Of a stretch of 64,000 nt of DNA, positions 30,633-40,839 are shown one piece after another; the stretch's first letter is position 1, and each line of letters begins with the position of its first letter. The translations under genes and the position numbers were made by a program. The stretch comes from Smithellaceae bacterium (lineage in GTDB: Bacteria; Desulfobacterota; Syntrophia; Syntrophales; Smithellaceae). The notes beneath the pieces were generated by a model, which saw only the letters and a program-made list of their open reading frames with translations, had not been told where the DNA came from and searched no databases. Location of the stretch: positions 992,001 to 1,056,000 of the forward strand of contig CAXXVL010000002.1 of the NCBI GenBank assembly GCA_963667845.2. Reading direction: 5' to 3'.

Positions 30633-31610
30633 ATGATTATCGTAACGGGCGGCGCTGGGTTTATCGGCAGCGCCTTTGTAAGAAAACTTAATGCCGAGGG
30701 CATGAGCGACGTCATCATTGTCGACCGGCTGGGGTCTTCCGACAAATGGAAGAATCTGGTGAACCTGAAGTTTACCGACTATATGCACAAGGATGATTTC
30801 TACCGCATGATCCGCGACAACACTGTTGGGTTTGATGTGAGCGCTGTCATTCACATGGGCGCGTGTTCATCGACGACTGAGCGGGACGCAGACTATCTGT
30901 GGAACAACAATTTTGTTTACACGCGGACACTCGCCGAATGGGCGCTTGGGCGCGGCATCCGGTTTATTTATGCGAGTTCGGCGGCGACCTACGGTGATGG
31001 TTCGCAGGGATTCTCCGATGATCATGCCCGGATCGAAACACTCAAGCCGATCAATATGTACGGCTACTCCAAGCAGCTGTTCGATTTATGGGTTTTGCGG
31101 CAGAAACTGGAAAGCCAGGTAGCCGGCGTCAAATTCTTCAATGTCTTCGGTCCGAATGAATACCACAAGGGTGATATGACCAGTATCATCTTCAAAGCCT
31201 TTCACCAAATCCGGCAGACCGGCCGGGTCAAATTATTCAAGTCCTACCTGCCGCAATACCCGGACGGCGGACAGATGCGCGATTTCATTTATGTGAAGGA
31301 TTGTGTGAATGTCCTGTGGTGGTTTCTGCAGAATCCCTCGGCGAACGGCATCTTCAATCTGGGAACGGGAAAGGCCCGGACCTGGAATGATTTGATCCGC
31401 GCGGTTTTCACAGCAATGGCGCTTGACCCGGACATTGCCTACATTGAAATGCCGGAAGAGTTGCGCCATCAGTATCAGTACTTTACCCAGGCGGAAATGG
31501 ATAAACTCCGCGCTCTAGGTTCCCCCGTGGATTTTTCGCCTCTGGAAGATTCCGTGCGGGACTACGTGGTGAATTACCTGCAGAAACCCGATCCTCACCT
31601 GGAGAAGTAG
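30633..31610 (+). CDS. hldD: ADP-L-glycero-D-manno-heptose 6-epimerase
   Basis: IVTGGAGFIGS, HMGACSSTTE, YASSAATYG, YGYSK, FNVFGPNEYHKG, YQYFTQA. Confidence 0.95.
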   Translation: MIIVTGGAGFIGSAFVRKLNAEGMSDVIIVDRLGSSDKWKNLVNLKFTDYMHKDDFYRMIRDNTVGFDVSAVIHMGACSSTTERDADYLWNNNFVYTRTLAEWALGRGIRFIYASSAATYGDGSQGFSDDHARIETLKPINMYGYSKQLFDLWVLRQKLESQVAGVKFFNVFGPNEYHKGDMTSIIFKAFHQIRQTGRVKLFKSYLPQYPDGGQMRDFIYVKDCVNVLWWFLQNPSANGIFNLGTGKARTWNDLIRAVFTAMALDPDIAYIEMPEELRHQYQYFTQAEMDKLRALGSPVDFSPLEDSVRDYVVNYLQKPDPHLEK

Positions 31611-31612
31611 TC

Positions 31613-32359
31613 ATGAAAAGAAATATTGTCTGCATCATTCCGTCCCGGTATGAATCCAGCCGATTTCCGGGAAAACCGCTCGCCGATTTGTGCGGAAAGC
31701 CGATGATTCAGCACGTTTACGAACGCGTGGCCCGGGCCGGGGCTGTTCCCTATGTCGCCGTAGCCACCGATGATCAGCGCATCTATGATGCTGTAAGGAA
31801 ATTCGGCGGCAATGCCGTGATGACAGCGGCGACGCACCGGTCGGGTACGGACAGAATATCGGAAGCCGTCTCGTCCCTCCATCTTCCCGCAGAAGCCATC
31901 GTTGTCAACATTCAGGGCGATCAGCCGATTTTTGAGCCGGTGCAGGTCGATGAAGTGATCGCTCCGCTTGTCGCGGACCCGGACATTCCGATGTCGACGC
32001 TTATTTACAAAATTATTCTCGACGAGGAAATTACGCATCCCCATGCGGTGAAAGTCGTTCTGGATCACCAGAATTTTGCCCTGTATTTTTCGCGCGCGAC
32101 GATTCCCTTTGTCCGCGATAAAAACCTCCGCGCCGATTACTACAAACATCACGGCATCTATGCTTACCGGCGCGACTTCCTCGATGTCTTTACAAAATTA
32201 CCCGAAGGTAAACTGGAGAAACTCGAAGCCCTGGAGCAACTGCGTGCGTTGGAGTATGGTTATAAAATCAAGTGTGTCATCACACCGCATGATTCCGTGG
32301 AAGTAGATAATGAGCAGGAACTCGGCCGTGTGCGCCGCATCCTGTCGTCTCGGCAATAA
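31613..32359 (+). CDS. kdsB: 3-deoxy-manno-octulosonate cytidylyltransferase
   Basis: SRYESSRFPGKPL, SGTDR, VNIQGD, ALYFSR, LEQLRAL. Confidence 0.95.
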   Translation: MKRNIVCIIPSRYESSRFPGKPLADLCGKPMIQHVYERVARAGAVPYVAVATDDQRIYDAVRKFGGNAVMTAATHRSGTDRISEAVSSLHLPAEAIVVNIQGDQPIFEPVQVDEVIAPLVADPDIPMSTLIYKIILDEEITHPHAVKVVLDHQNFALYFSRATIPFVRDKNLRADYYKHHGIYAYRRDFLDVFTKLPEGKLEKLEALEQLRALEYGYKIKCVITPHDSVEVDNEQELGRVRRILSSRQ

Positions 32360-32395
32360 GCCCGGCAATAATTGACATTCATCCCGGGAGTCTCG

Positions 32396-33253
32396 ATGAG
32401 TCCGCGCAAAAGAATTATTTTACTCATTTCGATCATGGCGGCGGTGGGTCTAATCATTGAGACCATCACCATCACGCTTCTTTTTCTGACCGCGTTCAAT
32501 GAACAGAAGGAAATTCTCCGTCACATCGTTACCAGCCAGGCGCGGTTGATCGAAGCCGTTGCCCGGTTTGATCGCGTTCACAGCCCGACTTATGCAGGCG
32601 GCGCGACTCAGGCCACATTGAGCCAGATCGTTGATGCGCATTTCCATTATAAAGGATTTGGCGACACGGGCGAATTTACGCTGGCTGAGCGGCAGGGCGA
32701 TAAGATCGCTTTTCTTTTGAGCCACCGTCATCAGGATATCTATCAACTTAAACCAGTCCCTTTCGTTTCAAAATTGGCAGAGCCCTCGCGACTGGCCCTG
32801 TCCGGTAAATCCGGGACCATTGTCGGTCTCGACTACCGCGGTGTGACGGTGCTCGCTGCTTTTGAGCCGGTCCAGGGATTGAACTGGGGTATCGTGGCGA
32901 AGGTTGATATGGCCGAAGTGCGTGCGCCTTTCGTTAAAGCAGCCGTCATCTCGGGTATTTTGGGAATCATCGCCATCATCGCGGGAACGATCATTTTCAT
33001 CGGACTCACGAATCCACTGATCAACAGTTTGAACAGGACCGTCGCAGAACTGGAAGAAGCCCTGGACAATGTCAACCGCTTGAGCGGTCTGCTGCCTATT
33101 TGCGCATCCTGTAAGAAAATACGAGACGATCGGGGATACTGGACGCAGATTGAATCTTATATAAAGGAACACTCGGAAGCGGAATTCAGCCATAGCATTT
33201 GTCCCGATTGTGTCCGGAAATTGTATGGCGATTTAGGTAAAAAGAAACCGTAG
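32396..33253 (+). CDS. Membrane sensor (TM-Cache-like-TM) with C-terminal Cys/His-rich domain
   Basis: Two TM segments, DYRGVTVLAAF Cache motif, LPICASCKKIRDD...FSHSICPDC; GGAG before ATG 32396. Confidence 0.8.
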   Translation: MSPRKRIILLISIMAAVGLIIETITITLLFLTAFNEQKEILRHIVTSQARLIEAVARFDRVHSPTYAGGATQATLSQIVDAHFHYKGFGDTGEFTLAERQGDKIAFLLSHRHQDIYQLKPVPFVSKLAEPSRLALSGKSGTIVGLDYRGVTVLAAFEPVQGLNWGIVAKVDMAEVRAPFVKAAVISGILGIIAIIAGTIIFIGLTNPLINSLNRTVAELEEALDNVNRLSGLLPICASCKKIRDDRGYWTQIESYIKEHSEAEFSHSICPDCVRKLYGDLGKKKP

Positions 33254-33274
33254 CTGCGGATGTGAGGTTTAAGG

Positions 33275-35170
33275 CTATTTCAGAATAAGACGAAACGGCG
33301 CCGGAGGAGCGAATTCTCCGGGCTCGGCCTTAATCTTTGTCGAAAACGTTTCGCAGCCGTCGGCTTCAATGGTCAAATCAAACTCGCCTGCCGGCAGATC
33401 AAAAAAAGCAAAGGCAGCTTTAAATGCAAAATCCCGTGACGCAAGAAAGGTAGCGAGGACTTCTCTGTCGCTCATCTTGTCGTTGGGCTTAAGCTGCCGG
33501 GAGATCGCCGGACCGGTCAATTTGATGGCGCGGATTTTCACGTTCTCCGGCAGGTCTTTAAAAAACCCCCAGAAACTGTCATCGGCCGATGTTGCAGCCG
33601 TCATATAACCGGCGACCATTCCCTGTGGTTTTAGAACAAATCGTGCTTCCTCAATTTTTCCTGCTTTGATGTCCAGCGTTATTTTATCCGGTTCGGTTTT
33701 GAAACCCAGCGCACAAAGGCTGACATCATACGTTTTGGGGACAATCGCTCCCGTTTCCTGCCTGGGCTGAAACGGATCCATTTTTAGCTGTGTTTCCTTT
33801 TCATCCGTTCCGGTCGGAGCCAGGACAAGAGCCATCTGTGAAGGAAAGTTGACAGTCGGGGGATCAAAGGCATGGACGACATTCAGATAGCCTTTAGAAC
33901 GAACGTATGTTTTGTCTTTATTGGCTTCCGTACCGGCTAAAACGGCTTTAAATTGAGACATCATTTGCGGGCTGGATAGAATGCTGACATGGTCTTCGTT
34001 CAGGCCGCTGACTTTAAGGGCATCGGCCTGCGCTCTCAAATCCAGCATGCTTTCCAGCGTAACCGTATTATCATTATTTTGCCGGAAGAGGCTGCCGCCT
34101 CCCTTATGGCCGAAAAACAAATAGTACCGTATCGAGGGGTCCAATTTTGTGCTCAGAACGCGTTTGATGTATTCGCTGTCCGGATCCATATCTTTCCAAC
34201 TCGGAATAACCGCGGGCGATTGTTTCACGCCTGTTTTCGCCCGCTGTTCCCCGCCCCAGGGTGTTGAAATCGATACAAAAAGCTGAATGCTATCGTGATA
34301 GTTGTCCTCTTTGGCGATAATGGCGGAACGGGACACCAGCCCCCCCATGCTGTGCGCGACAACATACAAAGATTCGAATTGATATTTCCTGTAAAGGTCA
34401 TAAAGCTTTGTTCTGAGCAGGAAGGATGTCGTGTCCAGGCGCGCACCGGACGGATAATAGAAAATCCACGGCTGGTAGCGCGAGCGGTCCAGATGATCGA
34501 TAAAATAACGCCAATCCTGCGGCGAACCTGCCGCGCCGTGAACGAAAAGGATCGGTGTCTTTTTGGAATCGTAGGGTTCTACAAAATAAATATTGCAGCC
34601 TATCCGTTTAAAAAATTCCAGCGGCGCCCAGAAACCGTCAAGTCCATTTTGCGCGGAAAATACCGGATCGTCGAGATTTGCCAATGCGCCGGCTGACGTT
34701 GAAGGTTTGCTTTTTCCACCGGAAGATTGCACCAGCATATTGAAAAAAGACGAAACCGGTTGTTTCTTTTTCGGTGTCAGGATAATATCCAGTCCGAAGA
34801 CGGCGCCGCCCATCTGCGTTTTTACTTGATCGGGTTTGCCGTAGTAGCCCGACCATTCCCCCGGATTATAAGAAAGATCCCCGTTTTTGTCCTCAAAGGC
34901 GAAAATTTCATATTGTCCCTCCTGAACTAATATTTCATATTGTCCGGATCCGGATAACACGGCGTAATCGCCAATGGTTACAATGCCATTGCGATTACTG
35001 TAAGCGACGACCACAATGGGCTTTTTAGAGGAAGAAACATTGATGATTTCACCAATCAGCAGACAGGAATCTTTGGAAAACTGGACATCCTCCCGCAGTT
35101 TGAAAAGTGCGCAACCGCTGAGATTCCAGAGGATCAGAACGAGGATAACAACGCTAAGGCATTTTTTCAT
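33275..35170 (-). CDS. Alpha/beta-hydrolase lipoprotein with accessory beta-sandwich-like domains
   Basis: Lipobox LSGC, FVHG oxyanion motif, AHSMGG nucleophile elbow, STPWGG, NDNTV, DH. Confidence 0.82.
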   Translation of the reverse strand: MKKCLSVVILVLILWNLSGCALFKLREDVQFSKDSCLLIGEIINVSSSKKPIVVVAYSNRNGIVTIGDYAVLSGSGQYEILVQEGQYEIFAFEDKNGDLSYNPGEWSGYYGKPDQVKTQMGGAVFGLDIILTPKKKQPVSSFFNMLVQSSGGKSKPSTSAGALANLDDPVFSAQNGLDGFWAPLEFFKRIGCNIYFVEPYDSKKTPILFVHGAAGSPQDWRYFIDHLDRSRYQPWIFYYPSGARLDTTSFLLRTKLYDLYRKYQFESLYVVAHSMGGLVSRSAIIAKEDNYHDSIQLFVSISTPWGGEQRAKTGVKQSPAVIPSWKDMDPDSEYIKRVLSTKLDPSIRYYLFFGHKGGGSLFRQNNDNTVTLESMLDLRAQADALKVSGLNEDHVSILSSPQMMSQFKAVLAGTEANKDKTYVRSKGYLNVVHAFDPPTVNFPSQMALVLAPTGTDEKETQLKMDPFQPRQETGAIVPKTYDVSLCALGFKTEPDKITLDIKAGKIEEARFVLKPQGMVAGYMTAATSADDSFWGFFKDLPENVKIRAIKLTGPAISRQLKPNDKMSDREVLATFLASRDFAFKAAFAFFDLPAGEFDLTIEADGCETFSTKIKAEPGEFAPPAPFRLILK

Positions 35171-35294
35171 AAGAATTCAATCCCACTCCGTGAATAAAGG
35201 TCGTTATTATTGTCCGGGGTTCTCGCATCATTAAAGTAATTTGTAATGAAGATATCAGACTTGTGGAATGGATTCAATGTGAATGTTATGAGCT

Positions 35295-35339
35295 GTAGGG
35301 AGCGGCCGCAACCGATTGCCCGGCTGCGGCCGCTCCCTA
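35295..35339. repeat. GTAG-type REP-like GC-rich hairpin downstream of ilvD
   Basis: GTAGGGAGCGGCCGCA...TGCGGCCGCTCCCTA, 15-bp perfect inverted repeat. Confidence 0.65.
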
Positions 35340-35350
35340 TGGTCTTTCTG

Positions 35351-37012
35351 CTAATCTTTGAAGATGGCCCCCGTGGAGGCCGATGTCACCAGTCTGGCAT
35401 AGCGCGCCAGATAGCCGCTAGTGATCAAAGGCTTTCGCGGTTTTAAAGTCTTTCTGCGTTTTTCCAGTTCCGCGTCACTGACTTTCAAATTCAATGATTT
35501 TGCCGGCATGTCAATAGAGATAATATCTCCTTCCTTGACAAGAGCGATCGGGCCGCCTTCCGCCGCTTCCGGCGAGATATGGCCGATAGCCGCACCCTGT
35601 GTGCCGCCGCTGAAACGCCCGTCCGTCAAAAGCGCAACTGTCTTGTCGAGCCCCATACCGACGATGGCTGCGGTCGGCGAAAGCATTTCGCGCATACCCG
35701 GGCCGCCTTTGGGGCCTTCGTAGCGGATCACCACGATATCACCCGGCTTGATTTTTCCGGCAAGGATGGCGGAAATGGCATCATCCTCGCAATCAAACAC
35801 ACGGGCTTTGCCTTCGTTGACCTGCATTGCCGGCGCTACGGCGGATTGCTTGACCACCGCGCCGTCGGGCGCCAGGTTTCCGCGCAAAACGGCAATGCCG
35901 CCCTGCCTTGAATAAGGGTTAGCGAGCGGCCGGATGACATCCTCGTTTAGCACCCGGGCCGTTTTCATATTGTCACCCACGGACTTTCCGGTAACCGTCA
36001 TGACCTTCCGATCGATGACTCCCAGAGGTGCGATGGCTTTCATGAGCGCCTGAATCCCACCTGCGGCATCGAAATCTTCAATATGATGATGCCCGGCGGG
36101 GCTGAGCTTGCAGAGATTCGGCGTGCGTCCGCTGATCTTGTTGAAAAGATCAAGATCCAGCGTGATGCCCGCTTCGTGAGCGATCGCCGGGATATGCAAA
36201 ACCGTGTTTGTGGAACAACCCAGCGCCATATCGACCGCCATCGCGTTTTTGAAAGCGGCCAGAGTTGCGATGTCGCGGGGGCGGACATTCTTTTTGAGAA
36301 GATCCATAATTTTCATGCCCGCGTATTTGGCAAGCCTGTGGCGCCCGGCAAAAACGGCCGGAATAGTGCCGTTGCCGGGCAATCCCAGACCCAGCGCCTC
36401 CGTGACGCAGTTCATGGAATTGGCCGTGTACATCCCGGAACAGGACCCGCAACCGGGGCAGGCGCAGTCTTCAAGCTGCCTCAATTCTTCCAGTGTCATC
36501 TTTTTGGCTTTAACGGCGCCGACGCCTTCGAACACCGAGATCAGGTCAACGGCTCTGTCCTGGTACTTTCCCGCCAGCATCGGCCCTCCACTGATAAAGA
36601 TGCAGGGAATGTTGAGCCGGAGCGCGGCCATGAGCATGCCGGGGATGATCTTGTCGCAGTTGGGAATGAAAACCAGCGCGTCAAAAGGATGCGCCGTCGC
36701 CATAATTTCAATGGAGTCGGCAATCAGTTCGCGGCTGGCGAGCGAATATTTCATGCCCGCGTGATTCATGGCGATGCCGTCGCATACGCCAATGACGGGA
36801 AACTCAATCGGCGTGCCGCCGGACATGCGAATCCCCGCCTTGACATCCTGCGTGATCAAATCCAGGTGGATATGACCGGGAATAATTTCATTGGCGGAGT
36901 TTACCACCCCGATGAGCGGTCTGGCGATTTCTTCATCCGTATAGCCCATCGCTTTAAAGAGCGAGCGGTGCGGCGCCCGCTCCAATCCCTTCTTCATCAA
37001 ATCACTTCGCAT
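35351..37012 (-). CDS. ilvD: Dihydroxy-acid dehydratase
   Basis: [43 protein letters not shown]. Confidence 0.97.
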   Translation of the reverse strand: MRSDLMKKGLERAPHRSLFKAMGYTDEEIARPLIGVVNSANEIIPGHIHLDLITQDVKAGIRMSGGTPIEFPVIGVCDGIAMNHAGMKYSLASRELIADSIEIMATAHPFDALVFIPNCDKIIPGMLMAALRLNIPCIFISGGPMLAGKYQDRAVDLISVFEGVGAVKAKKMTLEELRQLEDCACPGCGSCSGMYTANSMNCVTEALGLGLPGNGTIPAVFAGRHRLAKYAGMKIMDLLKKNVRPRDIATLAAFKNAMAVDMALGCSTNTVLHIPAIAHEAGITLDLDLFNKISGRTPNLCKLSPAGHHHIEDFDAAGGIQALMKAIAPLGVIDRKVMTVTGKSVGDNMKTARVLNEDVIRPLANPYSRQGGIAVLRGNLAPDGAVVKQSAVAPAMQVNEGKARVFDCEDDAISAILAGKIKPGDIVVIRYEGPKGGPGMREMLSPTAAIVGMGLDKTVALLTDGRFSGGTQGAAIGHISPEAAEGGPIALVKEGDIISIDMPAKSLNLKVSDAELEKRRKTLKPRKPLITSGYLARYARLVTSASTGAIFKD

Positions 37013-37032
37013 TTCGTTCTCCCTTTAAATTA

Positions 37033-37166
37033 AACGGGTTTGTAAAGAGCTCCAGATGCAAGGCGTCCGAGTTTTGAGGAATGCGGCGTATCTTGATACG
37101 CCGCAATGGCGCAAAATGACGCAAAACGAAGGGCAACGCAGCAGATGGACTCTTTACGAAGCCGTT
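37033..37166. repeat. MITE-like palindromic intergenic element of a type I recall from deltaproteobacteria
   Basis: Imperfect terminal inverted repeats AACGGGTTTGTAAAGAG/CTCTTTACGAAGCCGTT, inner hairpin TGCGGCGTATC-TT-GATACGCCGCA. Confidence 0.75.
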
Positions 37167-37167
37167 A

Positions 37168-38223
37168 TTATTTCTTACGTTTTTCCGGTCTCAGCGCGCG
37201 AACGGCCGCGCCGGCCTGCCACATTTCGGACTCGCGCATTTCCTTGAGCTCGGCGTTGAGTTTTTCCTTGTAGTCGGGCGCGCTGTTCACACGCAGAACG
37301 ATCTCCGTCTCCTTGCCGGTAGCGACGGAATTATACAGTTCGGCGAAGACCGGCTCGACGGCTTTGCGGAATTTGTGCCGCCAGTCGAGTGCGCCGCGCT
37401 GAGCGGTGCCTGAACAGTTGGCGTACATCCAGTCCATGCCGTTTTCACCGACCAGGCGGATCAGGCTCTGGGTCAGTTCTTCCACCGTTTCGTTGAAGGC
37501 TTCGCTCGGCGTATGGCCGTGTTTGCGCAGCTCGGCATATTGCGCTTCCATCATGCCGGCCAGCGCGCCCATCAGCACGCCGCGTTCACCGGTAAGATCG
37601 CTGTAAACTTCCATCTGGAAAGTCGTCGGGAACAAAAACCCCGAACCGATGGCGATGCCCAGGGCGAGCGTGCGCTCCATGGCCCGGCCGGTTGCGTCCT
37701 GATGTACCGCAAAGCTGGAATTGATCCCGCTACCGTCGACGAAATTGCGGCGAACACTGGTGCCGGATCCTTTGGGTGCGACCATAATCACATCAACAAA
37801 ATCAGGCGGGATAACGCCGGTCTGTTCTTTATAAACAATGGAAAAACCATGCGAAAAATAGAGCGCATCGCCTTTTTTCAGGTGCGGTTTGACCTTCGGC
37901 CACAAAATGGTCTGCGCCGCGTCGGAAACCAGATACTGAATGATCGTTGCCTTTTCTACTGCTTCCTCAATCGGGAAAAGTGTCTGGCCGGGAACCCAGC
38001 CGTCGGCAATTGCTTTATCCCAGTAAGGCTTATCCTCCGGGGACTGTCCGATGATAACGTTGACACCATTGTCTCTCATATTGAACGCCTGGGCGGGCCC
38101 TTGAACTCCGTAACCCAGCACGGCGATCACTTCTTTTTTAAGAACGTCCTGCGCTTTCTTCACTGTGAATTCTTCCGCGGTCACGACGTCTTCTACTGTT
38201 CCACCAAAATTAATTTTTGCCAT
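37168..38223 (-). CDS. ilvC: Ketol-acid reductoisomerase
   Basis: GYGVQG, FSHGF, VAPKGSG, SDLTGERGVLMG, NETVEE. Confidence 0.96.
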   Translation of the reverse strand: MAKINFGGTVEDVVTAEEFTVKKAQDVLKKEVIAVLGYGVQGPAQAFNMRDNGVNVIIGQSPEDKPYWDKAIADGWVPGQTLFPIEEAVEKATIIQYLVSDAAQTILWPKVKPHLKKGDALYFSHGFSIVYKEQTGVIPPDFVDVIMVAPKGSGTSVRRNFVDGSGINSSFAVHQDATGRAMERTLALGIAIGSGFLFPTTFQMEVYSDLTGERGVLMGALAGMMEAQYAELRKHGHTPSEAFNETVEELTQSLIRLVGENGMDWMYANCSGTAQRGALDWRHKFRKAVEPVFAELYNSVATGKETEIVLRVNSAPDYKEKLNAELKEMRESEMWQAGAAVRALRPEKRKK

Positions 38224-38274
38224 AAAACCCCCTCTTGTTAATGTTTATGATTCGTTATTTTTGTATTGGTTAAT

Positions 38275-38760
38275 TTATTCTTCCAACTTCAGAGCGACGA
38301 GGCCTGTTCGGGTGATGTCCGTAATGCCGAGCGGTTCCAGACGTGCCAGAGAGAAGTCGATTTGCGTTTTGTCACCCGTTATTTCAACGATAACGCAGGC
38401 GTCTCCCGACACGATTGTTTTCCATTTGTTTGCGTCAACGGCATTCTTGACGGCCTCCGAATTTTGAGCCGTCAGATTCAGCCGGACCAGAACCATTTCG
38501 CGGTGGATGGATTCGACGTTGGTAAGATCATCCACTGAAATCACATCGACCAGCCTCTGCAGTTGATTCTCAATCCGGGTGATGGTGGCTTGAGACCCCG
38601 ACGTGGTCATCACGATTTTCGAGATGTCATTCTGCGTAGTCGTATTCACGCAAAGGCTGTCGATGTTATAGCCTTTGCCTCCCAATGTTCCGGCGATCCT
38701 GGCCAGCACATCGGGTTTATTGTGTACCAAAATTGAAATAATGTGATCCTTCTTCTCCAT
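38275..38760 (-). CDS. ilvN: Acetolactate synthase small (regulatory) subunit
   Basis: ACT domain ISILVHNKPDVLARI...NIDSL, REMVL, RTG; lies between ilvB and ilvC (alternative start 38769). Confidence 0.92.
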   Translation of the reverse strand: MEKKDHIISILVHNKPDVLARIAGTLGGKGYNIDSLCVNTTTQNDISKIVMTTSGSQATITRIENQLQRLVDVISVDDLTNVESIHREMVLVRLNLTAQNSEAVKNAVDANKWKTIVSGDACVIVEITGDKTQIDFSLARLEPLGITDITRTGLVALKLEE

Positions 38761-38799
38761 TTGCTCCAACCTCTCATTTGTAAATTATTTGACGAGTCA

Positions 38800-40503
38800 T
38801 CAGTTGATCATTTCTCTCGATCCCAGGGCCATTTGACTGATGGATTCGCCCGGATGGACCATGGGATAAACGCATTCTTCGCGCGACACACGGAAATCCA
38901 TCAGCACCGGCCGATTGATGGACAACCCCTGCTTTAATACAGACTCTACTTCGGCCGGCTTAGTTGCCCTGAGGCCTATGATACCGAACGCTTCGGCCAG
39001 TTTCACGAAATCCGGCGCGTAGGTCATATCGGTAAACGAATATCTTTTTTCATAAAAGAGCTCCTGCCACTGGCGGACCATGCCTAAAAAGCTGTTGTTC
39101 AGCAGGACTATTTTCACTGCGATGTTATACTGGGCGGCGGTGGCCAACTCCTGAATATTCATCTGGATGCTGCCGTCACCGGCAATATCCACGACCTGCC
39201 TGTCGGGGAACGCGCATTTGACGCCGATGGCTGCGGGCAGGCCAAACCCCATGGTGCCCAAGCCCCCCGATGAAATGAAAGAATTGGGCTTGGCAAACTT
39301 GAAAAACTGCGCCGTCCACATCTGATTCTGGCCGACTTCCGTCGTAATCAGGGCGTCTCCCCCGGTAATCTTGTAAAGCGTTTCGATGACGTATTGCGGC
39401 TTGATGACCTCCCCGTTCTGGCAATAGGTGAGCGGCACTTTTTCACGCCATTCGGCGATTTCGGAAAACCATTCGCCGCGTGAGGAAGCGTCCTGTTCAT
39501 AATGGTGCTCTTCCAGAAAACGCAAAAGATCTTTGAGCGTGGCCTTCGTGTCGCCGATAATCGGCAGATCGACGGTGACATTCTTGTTGATGGAAGATGG
39601 ATCAATATCAATGTGGACAATTTTGGCGTTGGCGGCAAACGTATCGATCGTACCGGTCACGCGATCGTCGAACCGTACGCCGATGGCCAGCAGCAAATCG
39701 CAGTGGCTCACGGCCATATTCGCGTAGTATGTGCCGTGCATACCCAGCATGCCCAGCCACAACGGATCATTCCCCGGGAATGATCCGAGACCCATCAGGG
39801 TGCCGGTCACAGGAATTTCATATTTACGGGCCAGTTCGGTTAATTCTTCCGCTGCTCTGCCCAGGATGACGCCTCCTCCAGTCATAATTAGAGGTTTCCT
39901 GGCGGACTGGAGCATTCCCAGGACAGTGGCCATCTTTTTAGGCGCCGGCTTATAGGAGACCTCATGATTGCGAATTTTTACGTTGGCCGGGTCATAATCG
40001 GTCTGTGCAGCCATGACATTCTTGGGCAGATCCACCAGCACCGGGCCGGGTCTGCCGGAGCGGGCGATATGAAAAGCTTCCTTAATCGTCTGGGCAAGTT
40101 CTTCAACGTTGCGGACGAGAAAATTATGTTTTGTACACGGACGCGTGATGCCGGTGATGTCGCATTCCTGAAAAGCATCATTGCCGATGAGACCGGTCGG
40201 GACCTGCCCGGTAAAAACCACCAGTGGAATAGAATCCATATTCGCCGTAGCAATGCCGGTAACCGTATTGGTGGCGCCGGGGCCGGATGTCACAAGGCAA
40301 ACGCCTACTTTGCCGGTGGAACGCGCATAACCGTCGGCGGCGTGCACGGCGCCCTGCTCATGACGAACTAAAATATGCCTGAGGTTGCTTTTATAAAGCT
40401 GATCATAGATATCCAGGACGGCCCCGCCCGGGTATCCAAAGATGATATCAACTTTTTCTTCTTCCAGCACTTTCAGCAGAATTTCCGTGCCTTTCAACTT
40501 CAT
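38800..40503 (-). CDS. ilvB: Acetolactate synthase large subunit
   Basis: FGYPGGA, RHEQGA, TSGPGATN, GMLGMHG, GDGSIQMN, LGMVRQWQ; GGAGGAG before ATG 40503. Confidence 0.96.
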   Translation of the reverse strand: MKLKGTEILLKVLEEEKVDIIFGYPGGAVLDIYDQLYKSNLRHILVRHEQGAVHAADGYARSTGKVGVCLVTSGPGATNTVTGIATANMDSIPLVVFTGQVPTGLIGNDAFQECDITGITRPCTKHNFLVRNVEELAQTIKEAFHIARSGRPGPVLVDLPKNVMAAQTDYDPANVKIRNHEVSYKPAPKKMATVLGMLQSARKPLIMTGGGVILGRAAEELTELARKYEIPVTGTLMGLGSFPGNDPLWLGMLGMHGTYYANMAVSHCDLLLAIGVRFDDRVTGTIDTFAANAKIVHIDIDPSSINKNVTVDLPIIGDTKATLKDLLRFLEEHHYEQDASSRGEWFSEIAEWREKVPLTYCQNGEVIKPQYVIETLYKITGGDALITTEVGQNQMWTAQFFKFAKPNSFISSGGLGTMGFGLPAAIGVKCAFPDRQVVDIAGDGSIQMNIQELATAAQYNIAVKIVLLNNSFLGMVRQWQELFYEKRYSFTDMTYAPDFVKLAEAFGIIGLRATKPAEVESVLKQGLSINRPVLMDFRVSREECVYPMVHPGESISQMALGSREMIN

Positions 40504-40559
40504 CCCCTTTGACTCCTCCATGTTTCTTTACTATTTGAATCAAAATAATCATTAAAATT

Positions 40560-40596
40560 AAAAAAGCCGCCAGTTTCCTTCGGAAAAAGCGGCTTT
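40560..40596 (-). terminator. Second terminator-like hairpin in the ilv leader
   Basis: Minus strand AAAGCCGC...GCGGCTTTTTT. Confidence 0.65.
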
Positions 40597-40603
40597 ACTG
40601 AAT

Positions 40604-40639
40604 AAAAGAAAGCCGCGGGCTTTTCGGGGCCCGCGGCTT
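40604..40639 (-). terminator. Attenuator terminator of the ilv operon
   Basis: Minus strand AAGCCGCGGGC-cccgaaaa-GCCCGCGGCTT-TCTTTT, 12 nt after the leader stop. Confidence 0.85.
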
Positions 40640-40651
40640 GTATCCTTGATC

Positions 40652-40756
40652 TTAGAGATACAGAGCGGCAGACCCCATAAGTACGACTACTACGACGAGC
40701 AATCTTACAATGGCCTGTATCTGAATTCTGCCGCTGTCGAAATCTTTAAGAAACAT
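40652..40756 (-). CDS. ilv leader peptide (34 aa)
   Basis: MFLKDFDSGRIQIQAIVRLLVVVVVLMGSAALYL, an Ile/Leu/Val run with AGGA RBS, directly ahead of the terminator and ilvB. Confidence 0.88.
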   Translation of the reverse strand: MFLKDFDSGRIQIQAIVRLLVVVVVLMGSAALYL

Positions 40757-40839
40757 AACTACTTCCTAATTTATTTAACTGTCTTTTAACTAAAATAAAC
40801 GCGCTTGTCAAGGGGCATTCTCACGGGCATTCATAATTT

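Noticed and set aside
36083..37033. Long alternative ORFs (also 25778-26986, 44895-45704, 62196-63368, 11835-12554)
   Set aside because: Antisense shadows of well-supported genes, with no motifs.
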